Source: Amoeboaphelidium protococcarum X5 (Eukaryota > Fungi > Aphelidiomycota). From it: a stretch of 64,000 nt of DNA. Location: the NCBI GenBank assembly GCA_023515725.1, contig JALDTO010000164.1, positions 124,001 through 188,000 of the forward strand, given 5' to 3'. Below are positions 40,797 through 54,400 of this stretch, in pieces. A program made the position numbers and the translations under genes. Each line of letters begins with the position of its first letter. The stretch's first letter is position 1. Below the pieces are notes generated by a model. The model ran no database searches and was not told where the DNA came from. It was given only the letters and a program-made list of their open reading frames with translations.

Positions 40797-41280
40797 ATGG
40801 ATCAATTAGTGTCAATCATTAAAGAAACGTCTATTAAAGACGCTGACAACGAGGTGAATGCTTTGAAAGATATTTAGAGAATTCAGTTGTGTTTACAGCA
40901 GAGGATGAAGAGTTCGTAGTAACTTTTATCTGAATCTAGCGCACAATTAGATCAGCATCACGCTGGAGGCCAGATGCTCTAATCGCAATCATCTCTGAAC
41001 AGTTAATCTACTAGCACTTAGGCATAGGAGGATTACTAATAGCGATGGCGAAATAATACTAATAAAGTCAAGTCAATCAATATAGAGTTGAAGCAACTTT
41101 AAGAATTAATCAAGTACGTATTCTGATTTTATGAATAGTCTCTTTCTTGCAATACACTTATAATTAGGAGGTAAATGTAGCTAAATCAAGTAATCAGTCA
41201 GAAGCAAATATCCTCTGTAATTCGAAAAAGCTCTAGAGTAAATTCCGCGCGTAATATAATCTGATGAAGAAGATGATTGA
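40797..41280 (+). CDS. Small coiled-coil protein, KxDL/KXD1-like (intron 41114-41180)
   Basis: Spliced C-terminus ELKQLQELINQIKQSVRSKYPLQF resembles the KXD1 tail; family call is tentative. Confidence 0.45.
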
Positions 41281-41400
41281 ATATTATTATGTTGCTGAGC
41301 GGTTCGCCGTGTACTTAATTAGGACGCTCTTTTTAATTTTAATCACACTTTATGAACAAGACGATATTACGAAAATTAGTTTAAGCTTTTATCTTTCTAA

Positions 41401-42543
41401 ATGAGATTTTTGAGTGGAATTTAAGCGACTGCTGGCTCTCTGCATTTGGGTAATTATATAGGAGCTGTGAGGTAGTGGGCTAAACTATCGCGGTCAATGC
41501 TACTATCTAAAGATCCTGATTAATGCGACAAAGATACGATTAAAATAGAAAGTGTGCATTTCATGATATGTGATCTACACGCTCTGACCACGGTGAAAGA
41601 TCCTCAAATGCTAAAGTAGAATACTTTGTCAATGTTCAAATCTCTAGTTGCCTGTGGCATCAGTCCGCAACATCTCTTTATATAGTCCGCAGTGCCGTAT
41701 CACACGTAACTGCTCTGGATACTCTCTACTCTTGCTCCACTTTCACATCTCACTCGGATGACTTAATACAAATCAAAAGTTAGATAGACATAGAATTAGT
41801 CGCGTAACCAAGACTCAAAGTTAAAGAGTGATGGACACAATGCCGGACTGTTAATGTATCCCGTACTGCAGGCTGCTGATATCATGCTCTACCAAGCCTC
41901 TCATGTTCCCGTTGGAGAAGACTAACTGTAACACTTGGAACTCACGCGTACTCTTATAACATCATTTAATAGTCAATTTAAATCTGCATTTCCATTACCT
42001 CAGGCTTATGATTCCGGTATCAGTATCACCAATAGCGATGAAATCTAGAATAATATCGGGAATCGTCTTCCACGGATAATGTGCTTGTAGAATCCCGAGT
42101 CAAAGATGAGCAAATCTTCACCAAAAGGCTGCCTATTCATTACAGATTCTGATGAAGAGATTTAACGCAAGATATTGAAGGCAAAGACTGACAGTTAGGA
42201 GTTTGATACGCGTTTGATGCCCGTGGAGTTATTGTACACTCAAGATCGACCTGGTATTAAGAATTTGATTGACATTGCTTTATATTTAAACTCTACTTTA
42301 CAGAATTAAAGTGTGGAGAAGGTTTATTAGTCTGTAGAGTTGCGGAATACAAAGTAGCTAAAGGAATATGTTGGTTCGCTGATTATTGAACATTTGATGC
42401 CCATCAGGGAGCGTTCTAAATAATTGGAGGTTGTGGATATTCAGTCGCTCATTTAAAAAGGCAATTAAAATGCTCTCTCAGTCGCTTCAAAGAATTACCA
42501 GCAGATTGCACATCTTGTTGGTTTGCATAAAGTATCCTTTTGA
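41401..42543 (+). CDS. MSW1: Tryptophanyl-tRNA synthetase, bacterial/mitochondrial type
   Basis: [53 protein letters not shown]. Confidence 0.95.
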
Positions 42544-42682
42544 TTGCTCACTAATGATGGAGTAAGTTTTGATCAACTGAAACATGAACACAGTCACCCT
42601 GTTGTTCATTTTAATTACCGGAACTTTAACGTTATGCTGAAAATAATATCTACATTGATCAATAAATTTATAACAAATTTCA

Positions 42683-43356
42683 TCATTTATATATTTATTT
42701 TAATTGATCAAAGTCATTCTCTTCAATATCCCACGGATTTCTAGGAGGAAGCCCTTGTTCAAACTCACGGTAATCTAAATTTTGCTGATTTCGCTAATCA
42801 CTTCGACCTCTATTGCCTGCTGATTATGCTCCTGATCTAGAGAATCCATCACCGTTACTACTATTATTGTAATTGTTAGTAGTGGTATCTTGCTAATTAG
42901 AAGGAGATGATCGAGATATATCAACTTTAGAAGGAGTGAGCATATTGAGTCCTCGCTTCTGCTGTAATCGCTGCTTAAGCTCTTGACGCTCCCGTTCCAA
43001 TCTATCCATAGCCTCTTGACGTTATCTCACAAATCTCTTATACGCCTCTTCAATTGAATCTTTTTCACGGGCATTCGGACTAAAATTACCACTACTACTG
43101 CTGCTATTCAGCGGGGAGGTGGGCGAAAGATTAGGTTGATTATTCTATAACTACCATTACTACTTCACCACAATTTGAGACTTTGTGATTGACAGAGGAG
43201 CCGGTGCCTACACATTGATTATGAAATGATCATTATAAATACTTGCTGAATATTTAATATTCTTACCAGAGTTTAGTGCTAATTGAGAGCAGGATCTTAT
43301 ATAACGGTAACCTCAGTGATAGCCTTTTAGTGTAAATTTGTCTTTATAGAACTCAT
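42683..43356 (-). CDS. Hypothetical Q/S/N-rich coiled-coil protein (intron 43208-43266)
   Basis: ATG, a GTAAGA..TAG intron and an open second exon to TGA. No family recognised. Confidence 0.55.
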
Positions 43357-43698
43357 CTTCTATTTCTATTACTATTACTGTACTACTGTACAACTGTCTA
43401 TAATCGCTACGATAATCAAAGAGGATAAAACGCGCAACAAATAGTAAAGCGAAACGAGAAGTAATGGGTTTGTGTAAAAAAGTCCCTCAGCTTTGGCTAT
43501 CGATCTACTTACTATACGGTAGAAAGACGAGAACAAAGTAAAGCAGCGAAATATTTCATGTTTTTCGTTTCAGCGAGAACTGTTTCAAGTCGAATTTTTG
43601 TCATTGAGAGAAGCTTCCCCTCACTCTCTCTAATACACTGTACAGCACGTCCATACTCTCTGTAATACATTTTAATTTCTTTTATTGAGTCTGGTAGA

Positions 43699-45681
43699 AT
43701 GAATAACACTAAATTGTAATGGAGTGATTGTGTGAAGGTTCAATTACATACCAAGAACGTCTCTTAAATCTTAGCTGGATCTTAGTTTCTGATGCTGCTT
43801 ATTGATAATGAGGATAATAGACATTGTATAGAAGTGTGGTGTGCATAAACTTTGTAATTAGTTTAAAGTATACTTGTTACTTTTTCTTCAATCACCTCAT
43901 TTGATTGTAATATGATGGACTAGTAATTACTGGCGGTTTGTGAGAGTTCTGGAGCTATCAAGATTTATGAACAGAGTCAGAGTAGTACGAAATTTCAATG
44001 TATCTCCACTAGAAATTACCTATCCTTTGCATAATGCAATTCTGATTCCATCATCAAGATTAAATTCCATCCATCATTGTAATTCTTTGCCACTTGCGCT
44101 TCATCTGGAATCTTGTATTTCTGGGATGTGCGGCATAAGAAGCCAATGTAGACGTATGATTTGAAGTGTGGTTCCCATATTGATAAGTGCACCATTGTGT
44201 TTAGTCCAGATGGGTCCATGATGGCTGTCGGTGTACAATCTGCTTGTTATATTTACGATCTTTCGAGTGGTAAATTAAAGTGTTAATTCTCTGGCACGTC
44301 TTAATTGGATAATCTCTAATTTCATAATTCCTAAGTATGGCTTATTGGTTCATGTGAGACTGACTTGTTCTGCTACGATATTTTAGAATAGAAACTGCGG
44401 TATTTTGGATAGAAATTGGACTCTTCCGCTAGATTATTCGATTTCAGTTCGCATTTGCAATAGTATTTTGTAATTACTGGTAGAATGATTTATACTTTGG
44501 ATTTCAATACCCAGACTCACTATGTCTCATAATAATTACCGGACTATCTATGCTACAACAAGTCTTTGTCTGTCAAAGAATTCTGGCTGACTAGGAATTC
44601 ACAGCTTATTTATTATAGCATATCTTCGATTAATGGTTTGAGCAGACGGGCTTTAGAATTTAAAGAGTTGAATGCTGATTAGAAGACTGATATTGTTCAG
44701 ATCAAAGCCAAGTCTGAGCGCGATTTAAATACTTTGAATGGTAAATAGGAAGTTGTTTAATCAAAATAAAGTTCAAGATCATATCAGTTGCCAAGTAATG
44801 TAGATTTATAGAAAGATTAAGATAAAGTTACTTCTCAGAGTAGAGTTACTTAAAGAGGCGTTAAAGGCATTAAATCCAAGATAGATAATCCTCATATAGT
44901 TAACCCTAAGACGAATGTCGCGCAAGAATCTCAAGTTAATAATTCTCTATCCAGAGCTAGGACAGCGCCATTCAAGCGGCAAGAATCTGAATCCAAAGAG
45001 AATCGATAAGAGAATCTGTAAGATTAACCATTGGAGGATGATAAATCTGGTTTGGCACTTCTCACACACTTAACTGGGCAATAGTTTACGTCATTCAGGC
45101 AAATGTTGCGATAGAGAATGAAATCTATTCAACTTTTATCAAAAAGTAAGTCAATGCTTTAGCTTGTGTAAAGATTAGATAGCTGGCTCCGGCGAGAGGT
45201 TGTGGGTGATTAAATTTGTATGCTGGGTAGTGATATCAGTGCCATGGTGGATGAGTTAAATGATATCCATAATGGCTTTCTAATCAGCGTCTTTTAAATA
45301 TTGAACTAATAGAGCACCTCTATAACCCTGGATTGTGTTGTCATTATTCTACCGATTTGCTGTGTTCTATTGAAGTCGAAGCTGATTGAGTCGAAACTAT
45401 AATCCTCTCTCCTCATCTAAAGCATCGTCCATAGCTTCTCAGAGCTCTTCATTGACGCTCGAGCATAAAAACTGTCTCGGATGGGCGTAGATGTCGTGAT
45501 GGAGGAACGTTATGAAAAGTGTAGAAAGTGTCTAAAATCATTACAGAAAATTCATACACTGCTAAAGTCTGTCCATGAATAGCAGTAACAGGTTGATATA
45601 GATTGTGACCATCAAGACGGGGAGGAGCTGTTATAGAAAGTTTCAAGGCAGATTCTCATTGATATTCAAAAGATTCTCTGA
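43699..45681 (+). CDS. KATNB1: Katanin p80 WD40 regulatory subunit (~660 aa)
   Basis: WD40 KFHPSLQFFA...FWDVRHK...FSPDG; con80 motifs TLDCVVIILP..LLKSK and MGVDVVMEERYEKCRKC. Confidence 0.85.
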
Positions 45682-45746
45682 ACATAAAGATGATGACCAT
45701 AGTCACAGTTTATATAATTTGACAAGATTACTATACTATGTTAATA

Positions 45747-48656
45747 TCACTCGGATTTCTATAGCGTCTATTAATCTATACTTGATGACATATCCAGCAT
45801 GAACGGCTTTGACAACGGAGTAAACGTAATGTCCAACTCTTTCATCGCAGCCACAGCAGCTTTACAAAATTTAATTCGTCTAAAGTTGTACAAGTCGAAA
45901 TTCTGATAATTAGTTCTGTGAGCATATGTCAATTTGACCACCATTCCTTCCATATCGGTGAAATTGTCAATAGAGAACGAGACACCTTCCTGGAAATGGG
46001 TAGACTCTGATTTTACGAACGCCTACAACTTCTTCTGTAACTCTTGCAACTTCTCCAGAGGTGTAGTGTAAGTGACTCGCAGGGCATATTGTTCATACTG
46101 AGGCTTGGCTCGTCGTATGTTCGATATATCCAACAGGGCCAGTTTACTATTCGGCAGATAAATCAACTGCCCATCCCAGCGCTCAACCACGGTTGACAAA
46201 ATATTCACTCTAGTCACCACATAATTCTATCCACTCACCCAGATACGATCTCCAACATCGTACGGGTGAACCAGAAACATCAATATTATACCTTCAAATG
46301 CCTACTTGGCAGTACTACCAAAGAGGAAAGCAAATGACACCATCACTGAACTTATGCTAACGAACACGCTGTACGCGTTAACACCGAATATAGATAGCGA
46401 ACCCATCACCAAGAGGAAGCAGAGCACTATGGTGAGGAAATCGTCCACTTTCCTGATGAGAGATTTCATACCAGAAAGACTTGCAACAAGTCGGCCACGT
46501 TCGCGGTAAATTTTGATCAGGAGCTGACGGAAATCTCGCTAAGTAAACTTGCCTTTGTCGCTCTTGGATTGGAGGAAGAGTCGAACAATCTGCTGGACTG
46601 ACTATTGCTTCTAAATAATCTCCCGTTCCATTGATGATAGATCAACATTATCTGCTGCAAGTGTATCTTGAACATTGCCCCACGAAAAGAGCGGCATCAA
46701 ATCTTTATTCACATCCAGATAATCTTGGTCTTGATCATGACGCAGCTACTGAAAGAATTTATCAGCTAAATGAGATGCCTTTTCATCATTAGCAGTAAAA
46801 TACCATTGACGCTTGGCTTTTCGCTTTTACTGTCTCTAGTAATGAAAATGATGCAGATGATGATACTTGGTGGCTCTATGCAGCATTGAAGTAGATTCAT
46901 GAACGCCGCCGAGACCCGCCAGCTTCTTACTTGTATGAAAATCAATTTTATCGTTGGAATCATGCAATTTACGAATGAGATCAAGTAAATCCATATCATC
47001 ATTACGCAAACCTTCAGCTTCAACTTCCTCGCGGACAAAGTCATCAGTCAAAGCCACGCTGTAGAACATATCTAGCAATCGCTTCCAACCGTGAAATGTC
47101 AAATCTTGAGCCACCAGCTACTTGGACAGCTCCTGCTGATTGGGTTCATCCACCAGCAAATCTTTAAACGAATACGGAATCACAAGATTACTGACTCGAA
47201 ATAGGATTTCAGGACTGATCGGCATTCGATACTGAGTGGATGAGCCGTGACTAGAGGCGTTGGAGCCTCCAGTTCTATACAGTCGATTGACTTCATCTTG
47301 AGCTTAAATCTTGCGTAAATACTTGAGTCGCCGCTTGGCTTCTCTCAATGTCTCCACAATGAAATCCATAAATATACTTTCCCTAACGCGATCTTAAAAT
47401 GTAGACTAATTAAACTTATACACCAGTCGCTTAGTACCTACATTCTTCAACGACAGCGATACAAGCCATAGTGTGATTACACCAAACACGGGATTAATGT
47501 AATTAAATGGAATAGCAGTTTAATCCACGACAGAAGGAGGATAAACCAGTGGGAATATCACATTCCAAGATAGGAAACAGAGCAGCATAGTTATTGTGCC
47601 GGCTAAGTGCGGCATTACCTCAGCACCCATCGATAGCGCGTCTCCATACAGGTAATCATCGTATGAGCTTTCAGATATCAAATGGTAGAATAGTACATGA
47701 AGAAATAACTTTGTGACTGGATAGATCCAAAGCAGAACGGCGATAATGGAGAAGCAAACTAGCGCCTCTAAATTCCCAAATTTAACAGGTTCAGCAAAAG
47801 CAAAATGCAATATCAGGCCCGGTAGTAGCACGAGCCCAGATAGAAGCAGTACTTTCCAAAAAGCTTTAAATGTACTTGTTGACACGGCAGATCTTACAGA
47901 TTGAGATACCAAGCGGCCCGCGCGTTAAAGTAAACCACGGCGATTAGACACGGAGCGACCAGAGTTTTAAGAGTAATCATTGTTTCCGCCATCATTCTGC
48001 AATTTATCACTATCTAAATGTATGATTTTTGATTTTAATATAACCAATTACGATGGATCCTTGTCATAATTTTGACCATTCAAAGGACGGGCTGAGCTGT
48101 CAGAGAACACAGGAGAGATGACTTCAACTTGCGCAGTTGACTTGCTGGGTTAAGATGAGACAACAGTACCGGCAACTGTGACTTGATTACTTGATACTTC
48201 AAACACCTACTATATTCTACTAAGTCTTCTCAATTCAGTAGGAAACGATTTTATGTACTCAGCTAATCCACTATTCTATCGCGATTGCTGTGGCTCATCT
48301 ATAGTGATTTTAATCTCTGTTGTCGCTTGAGAGTTTGAGCTCAATCGCTAGAAACTTCCCCTCGACTTTGATTCACTTGCATTTTGATAACTACTCGCAT
48401 GGACCAAATTAATTTTACAACATGACACATTTTAAGTGCTATGAATAACTTACTTTTAGGACATTCTTTTATTCTTAGAGGGCGTTATAGGTTAAGCTGC
48501 ATCAACATCAAAGTTATCATGAACTTCATCTTTAACAACTTCCATATCTGACAAGGTCGGTTACAACTTTTTACCAGTCATCGGGTTGTTATTCGATGTT
48601 TTGGCATCATTCAAAGCTTGCGAAGAATCCGTAACTGTATCATGATCCTCTTCCAT
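45747..48656 (-). CDS. MscS-like mechanosensitive channel, Msy1/Msy2 type (intron 48391-48453)
   Basis: Multiple TMs; SFAFLFGSTAKQAFEGIILMFLVHPYDVGDRI, NILSTVVERWDGQLIYLPNS, ISNIRR. Confidence 0.92.
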
Positions 48657-48937
48657 ATTTATTTAGGTAGTACGTATTATTAATCTCAATTGTTTATAAA
48701 AGTCACCTGTGTGTTGGTTAATGTAAAGCTAAAGAGAATGAGTGATCAAACAATGGCGGATCTCATCGTTTCACTTTTTGATGGGAAACATTTCTCGATC
48801 GTTGATCAACAGAGAGCATTGTTCATTCGAAAGAACCAGGCTCATAAGATTAAAATATAACAAGAACAAACAGCAATTAGCACCGACAAGTAAGAAAGAC
48901 GATTTCTTACAAACTAATGAGCAGCCTTAAAACTTAT

Positions 48938-49771
48938 TCAGTCGGTTTCATTAGAGGCAATGTGAGAACCTTGGCGAACAATCTCGTTAACTTGATCCGC
49001 AGTGTATTCAAACTGAAGCAATCTGATCTGGTATAGTGCAAATTCACATTTCTACAGGGACGCGCGCATGGTGGACATTTTTCTTTGCATCTCATCTACA
49101 TTGTACACTTCAAGCATTGTAAAGTCCTCAGCCAGTTACCGCAGAACTTGTACATATCGCTCAGCTTTCTCAAACTGTCCATTAGATATAGCACCTATAC
49201 AGAACCGCATTAGTTCTCCGGTGAAATCAGCGACACCAAGAAGGTAATCAGCGGGTGGTAAAGGAATAGAATCCACAAGACTTGTGTCATTAAACCCATA
49301 GAATTGACTTTCTTTCAACTACTCGTAACTAATAACTTGATCATGCCTTAGAAAATGATGAAATACACAGGCCTCGACATATTCCTACAGTCCTTATCTC
49401 CAATTGTAGTAGAAAACGTAGATATCCTGCTGATCACGTACTTTCGTACGCTTGGCATCTCCACCAAGTTTAGAGGTACCAACGATGGCATCACATAATT
49501 AACGCGATATCAGATTCTCCTTAATATGCTAGAATTTCTAATCCGCCTCTTCTAGAATAGCAGTTGGTTCAGAGCTGGATGAAAGTCTTTACAGTAAGAA
49601 TATCAGGTTCTTACTTTAAATCGTAAGTTCCCTTGAGCATTTTACAACGCGTTCCCTCTAAGCAGTCTACACTATAAACTATTCTCACTCTATGATCAAG
49701 TTATTGACTAGACGTATTATATAAAAAGAAATTACGCGTTCATTTAGGTAATCTGCAATTAAATTGAACAT
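48938..49771 (-). CDS. TSNAX: Translin-associated factor X (intron 49667-49735)
   Basis: RERVVKCSRELTIQSKNLIFLLQR, GLQEYVEA, DYLLGVADFTGELMRFCI, KMSTMRASLQKCE. Confidence 0.9.
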
Positions 49772-50017
49772 ATCAATTGTTTATTTAATATTTTGATCAA
49801 TTTATCACAATAACACACTAATTGATATCGTAAAGACCGGAGCAACTTCCACGCGCTTAAGTGAATACGCAGCTCGCTTCTAAGCCCCTTTGACTTACAC
49901 ATATTAGGGACCAAAAGTTAAAGATTACATAAGCTGGCCGTCTCCCAGCTGACTTAATTGACGCAAAATAGCATTCGGTCTCCTCTCATACTCTCAAGCG
50001 TGTAGAAATTGTGAAAG

Positions 50018-50992
50018 ATGAAGTCTATTTTAATTCTTGCATTCATTGCTATTGGTGTCATTGCAATCACTGTGCCTCAGTTTCCATTGATCTTTACTAG
50101 AAACAGTGCTAAAGAGAAGCAGGATCAGCTGTGGGATAGGATTATCGCTAATAAAAACTCTGCTGAATTTTATGGCCCTCTGAAGCTGCTGACTATATTT
50201 TTGGAGAGAATGGGAGTGTCCTTTGATCATGAGAAGGATACCATGCCATCATTTCGCGATAAGCTGATTCACTCCCAAGGTGTAGTTGCCAAGATCAGAT
50301 GGGAGCCTGTCGCGTCTTAGTACAATTATACTGGACTGTTTTCTACGGGTGCTCAGTATGGTTTTATCCGTTTTTCATCTGCCACGAAGCCGCTATTAGT
50401 AGCCAGTGTGCCTGGTGCTGCCGTGAAGCTCTTCCGCGACAATATCAAGTCGGCCAACTTTATGGCGATGTTCAGTCTGGATGGTCAGGCGAGCTTGAAC
50501 TTTTTCAAGAACAATTTCACTACGCATGTAGCTATTCCGAAAAATCCTGCGTTGAAGCTGTTGGCGCTTAAGTTCAAATAAGGCTCCAAGGAAGCCAGAT
50601 GTCTCGGACTTAGTGATCTTGCCACTTTTGACTAGAGCGGTGAGAGAGAAGAGAAGCCTTAGTTTCCGTTTGAGATCAGTCTGGCCCCATCCAAGAATGT
50701 CGCCGAGGTTGCAGAACGCGTCGAGTTGGATCTGAATCAGGATAATTGGAAGGATTAGTTCAATTCCCAGGTGAATGATCAGCTATCTCCAAATGTAGTT
50801 TTGTACAATGTCTATGCTCGTGATTCTCCTAGAGAGGAGTTTAATACTCACATTGCAAACATTGTCCTGACTTCAAGATTGACCACGTCTGAATTCGGCG
50901 ATAGAAAGCTTTTCTTTCAGCATTAGCGCTTTGAGGATGATATTGCTGTCCGCGGCGATTACTGGGGCGAATCTGGTTGCAGTCAGATTTGA
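50018..50992 (+). CDS. Secreted catalase-fold (mini-catalase-like) protein, copy 1 (324 aa)
   Basis: Signal peptide; KLIHSQG, YTGLF, GFIRFS, PGAAVKLFRD..SAN, GD..LFFQH. Confidence 0.75.
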
Positions 50993-51343
50993 AAAGACAT
51001 CGAGAGTGATCTTTAAAATTGTAATGATATTATGCATTTTCTATTGAATTTTTTTTTTTGGATGAGAGTAACAAGACGAGAATAGAGAACATCAAGCATT
51101 CCAACACGAAACAGGCGTTACAGTATGGCTTATAAAAATCCTAATATGGTGCAATCGTCTCCCACCAAAATGATTACGCCACACATTAACAAGCCCCTAA
51201 TCTTACGTAAAAGGCTTTAAAACTAAAGATTACATAAGTATCGCGTATATCGCTATGTAAATTACATAAGCTGACTGATAAATAATCGACCAGAGGATAT
51301 CACTATCTCTTTAACACGTAAAAACTTAAAGTAATTGTGAATT

Positions 51344-52318
51344 ATGAAGTCGGTTTTGGTTCTCGCATTTATTGTCATCGGAGCCATCGCGATTACTGTG
51401 CCTCAGTTTCCATTGATTTTTAAAAGCAGTGGTGCTAAAGAGAAGTAGGACCAGCTATGGGAAAGAATAGTTGCTAATAAAAACTCTGCTGAATTTTTTG
51501 GGCCTCTGAAGCTGCTGACACTGTTCTTTGAGAGAATGGGAGTGTCGTTTGATCATGAGAAGGATACTCTGCCTGTTTATCGCGACAAACTGATTCATAC
51601 GTAGGGCGTCGTTGCAAAGATTAGATGGGAGCCTGTCGCGTCCTAGTACAACTATACTGGTCTATTCGCTTCCGGTGCTCAGTATGGATTACTTCGTTTC
51701 TCATCTGGTACTAAGCCGTCACAATCATCCATTTTACCTGCCGCTGCTGTGAAGCTGTTTCGCGACAATATTAAATCAGCCAACTTTATGGCGATGTTTA
51801 CTTTGGATGGTTAAGAGAGTTTGAACTTTTTCAAGAACAATTTTACCAGTCATGTACCTATTCCGAAGAGTGCTGCTCTTAAGTTACTGGTGGCCAAATT
51901 TAAACAAGGCTCTAATCTAGCTAGATGTTTAGGCTTGAGTGATCTTGCCACATTTGATCAGGGAGGTAAGAGAGTAGATGAGCCAATGTTTCCGTTCGAA
52001 GTCAGTCTGGTCCCGTCCAAGAAAGTCGCAGAAGTGGCAGAACGCGTTGAATTGGCTCTCAATGAAGTAAATTGGAAGGACTAGTTTACCTAGCAGTCCA
52101 ATGACTAGATGTCTCCTAACCGTGTTTTGTACCACGTTTATGCGCGTGATTCTCCTAGAGGGGAGTTTAACGCTCATATTGCCAACATTGTCCTGACTTC
52201 ATACTTCACCACATCCGAATTTGGTGATAAAAAGCTATTCTTTTAACATTAGCGATTTGAGGAGGATATGGATTTGCGTGGCGATTATTGGGGTGATTCT
52301 GGGTGCAGTCAGACGTGA
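51344..52318 (+). CDS. Secreted catalase-fold protein, copy 2 (324 aa), tandem paralog
   Basis: Colinear with 50018-50992, same length and same motifs. Confidence 0.75.
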
Positions 52319-52446
52319 AAAGAATATTGTAAGAACCACTTTGAAATAGTAATAATATCAGTAATAAGGAATACGATCCAGTATAATGACATTATACACT
52401 TTTCTACTAATGTATTTTATACACACAAATCATTCAACAAGCATAA

Positions 52447-53165
52447 TCACTCAAGCCGATGCAGAGGACAGAACTATTTACGAATCCACCACAGAGAGAG
52501 GCAATGTCGATGATAAATGCAACCACAATCTAGCAATGAAACCATACAGTTAATTCATAATCCTCAAAGCATATCTTGCACTCTTTACCGACTTAAATCT
52601 CAGGCACAACTACCACGTCATAGCGCCCTCCCACTTTGTAGTTGGGATCGTTCACAGCACTTATGGCTTCGCGCAGATCTACAGATTAATGGGCACCGCC
52701 TGTTGAGTCCAAAAGACATTGATTTATATGACTCTCTCGCTCTTTGGCACTTTATCCACTAGCAAAAAGATCTATGCCACAAACAGGGCATAAGTCTTCA
52801 TTATCACCATTCTTATTAGCCTCCAGCTGTTGTTTCTAATTCAATTTTCGAACTTTACTACCCGACTGCGACGGTCTTGCACTACTATTTTAGTGAGAGG
52901 CATTTCCGATCAAACTTTGAGATAATTATTATTATTATTACTATGAGGAAGCAGAGGACTACTTATTCTGTTTAAAAAATTGATTTATACTTCGTTAACG
53001 CTTAACACCAGTCATCTTGTGATGGTCCAATGAAGATGAATTCGAAATCTCTTACTGTACTGATGGGGAGGAGGACAACAAGGCTCGTTTACTTCTAGTG
53101 GAGCGCGCCGGTGGTGAGTCAAGATCTATCACAGGTATTATGTCATTATTCCTTTTCTGCGGCAT
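52447..53165 (-). CDS. SIM/PIP-box/UBZ/RING-H2 E3 ligase with a 1-nt frameshift inside the RING (error or pseudogene)
   Basis: VIDL, QRSINQFF, CPVC..HINQC, CKIC in one frame. LDCGCIYHRHC..WW..CPLH follows in a shifted frame after about 52555. Confidence 0.7.
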
Positions 53166-53353
53166 CACGTATAATATATTCAGATTGTGTGTTTTTTAGA
53201 TTGACAATCAAATATTATGGATTGATCGAATCAAACTAACAACGAAGGTTAGAGATGAAAAATTAGAAAAACGCGTTACAACAACTACAAGTCAAACAGA
53301 ATTGAAGATGTAAAAGGACAAAATTAAATTTTAATTGATGTTTTAGAAGCTGA

Positions 53354-54400
53354 TCATTCTTGGTCATCTTCACTGTCGTCAGAATCATACTCATCTGAGT
53401 CTTCATCACCACTAATTTCCTGATTCTCAGCATCAAGACGTTCCATGAGTGCGGCAAGTTCCATGTCCTCATTCTCGCTCACCACGCGCGGCTTCATCTT
53501 CACAACGCACTTTCCTTTGAACTTGTTCGTAATCGTCGTGTCAATTTCAGCGATCGCGCGTTCCAACAGACTGATTCCATGCACTTTATCCATAGTGTTG
53601 CAGAAAAGAACGAACAATGGAGGCGCAACCAGCTTGATTTTAATGTCAACCTTCTCCCTTTGCTCAGTGTTCTCGCTCCCTGCTTCTTGACTGATGTTCT
53701 GACCAGCCTTCAGTGCTTCTTTAATGCCAACGACACCATCGTAACTAAAGCAGGTGACTTCGATATCAGCACGAATCTTCACAACTTGAGGGGCCATTTT
53801 CTTTTAAATAGCACTCATAATCTCCTTCTTTAACAGGACATCCTCGGAAGTATTCAAATCAAAGATACCTTCAAAAACGGCCTCTTGATCATGCATCGCC
53901 AGTTTAAACGCATCATAAGCATGGCCATACTTCTTGTACAGAGGCCATCCAACTTTAGTGTAGATATCCTCCAAATTCAAATGATTCTTCTCTGCAATAT
54001 AGCGAAGAGTACTATGAACGGCGCGACTCTTCTAATACTTCTCCTCACACTTCAACACTTCCTCTGGACTGACACGTCGTTTACTCAGATCAATGTAGCC
54101 CTTCTCCTTGTCCACACGCATCACCACTACCACTTCGTTCCTACCGACTCTGATCAATTTCTGCACGGATCTGATACGTCTTCTGGACAATTCGGATAAC
54201 AATATCATACCCTCAATATTATTGTACTCTAAAAGATTGACATACGCGCCCATCTCTGCAATCTATTTCACCTGAACCATAACCAGATCATCAACCTCTG
54301 GAAATTTCTACTCATACATTCTGCATTACAGCTTTGCAGAAAATGCAGCAGCCGGAGCAGCGGTTGTTTATTATACTGATTATGCAGCGTTCTCTGCCAT
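53354..54400 (-). CDS. SUI2: Translation initiation factor eIF2 alpha
   Basis: [55 protein letters not shown]. Confidence 0.98.
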
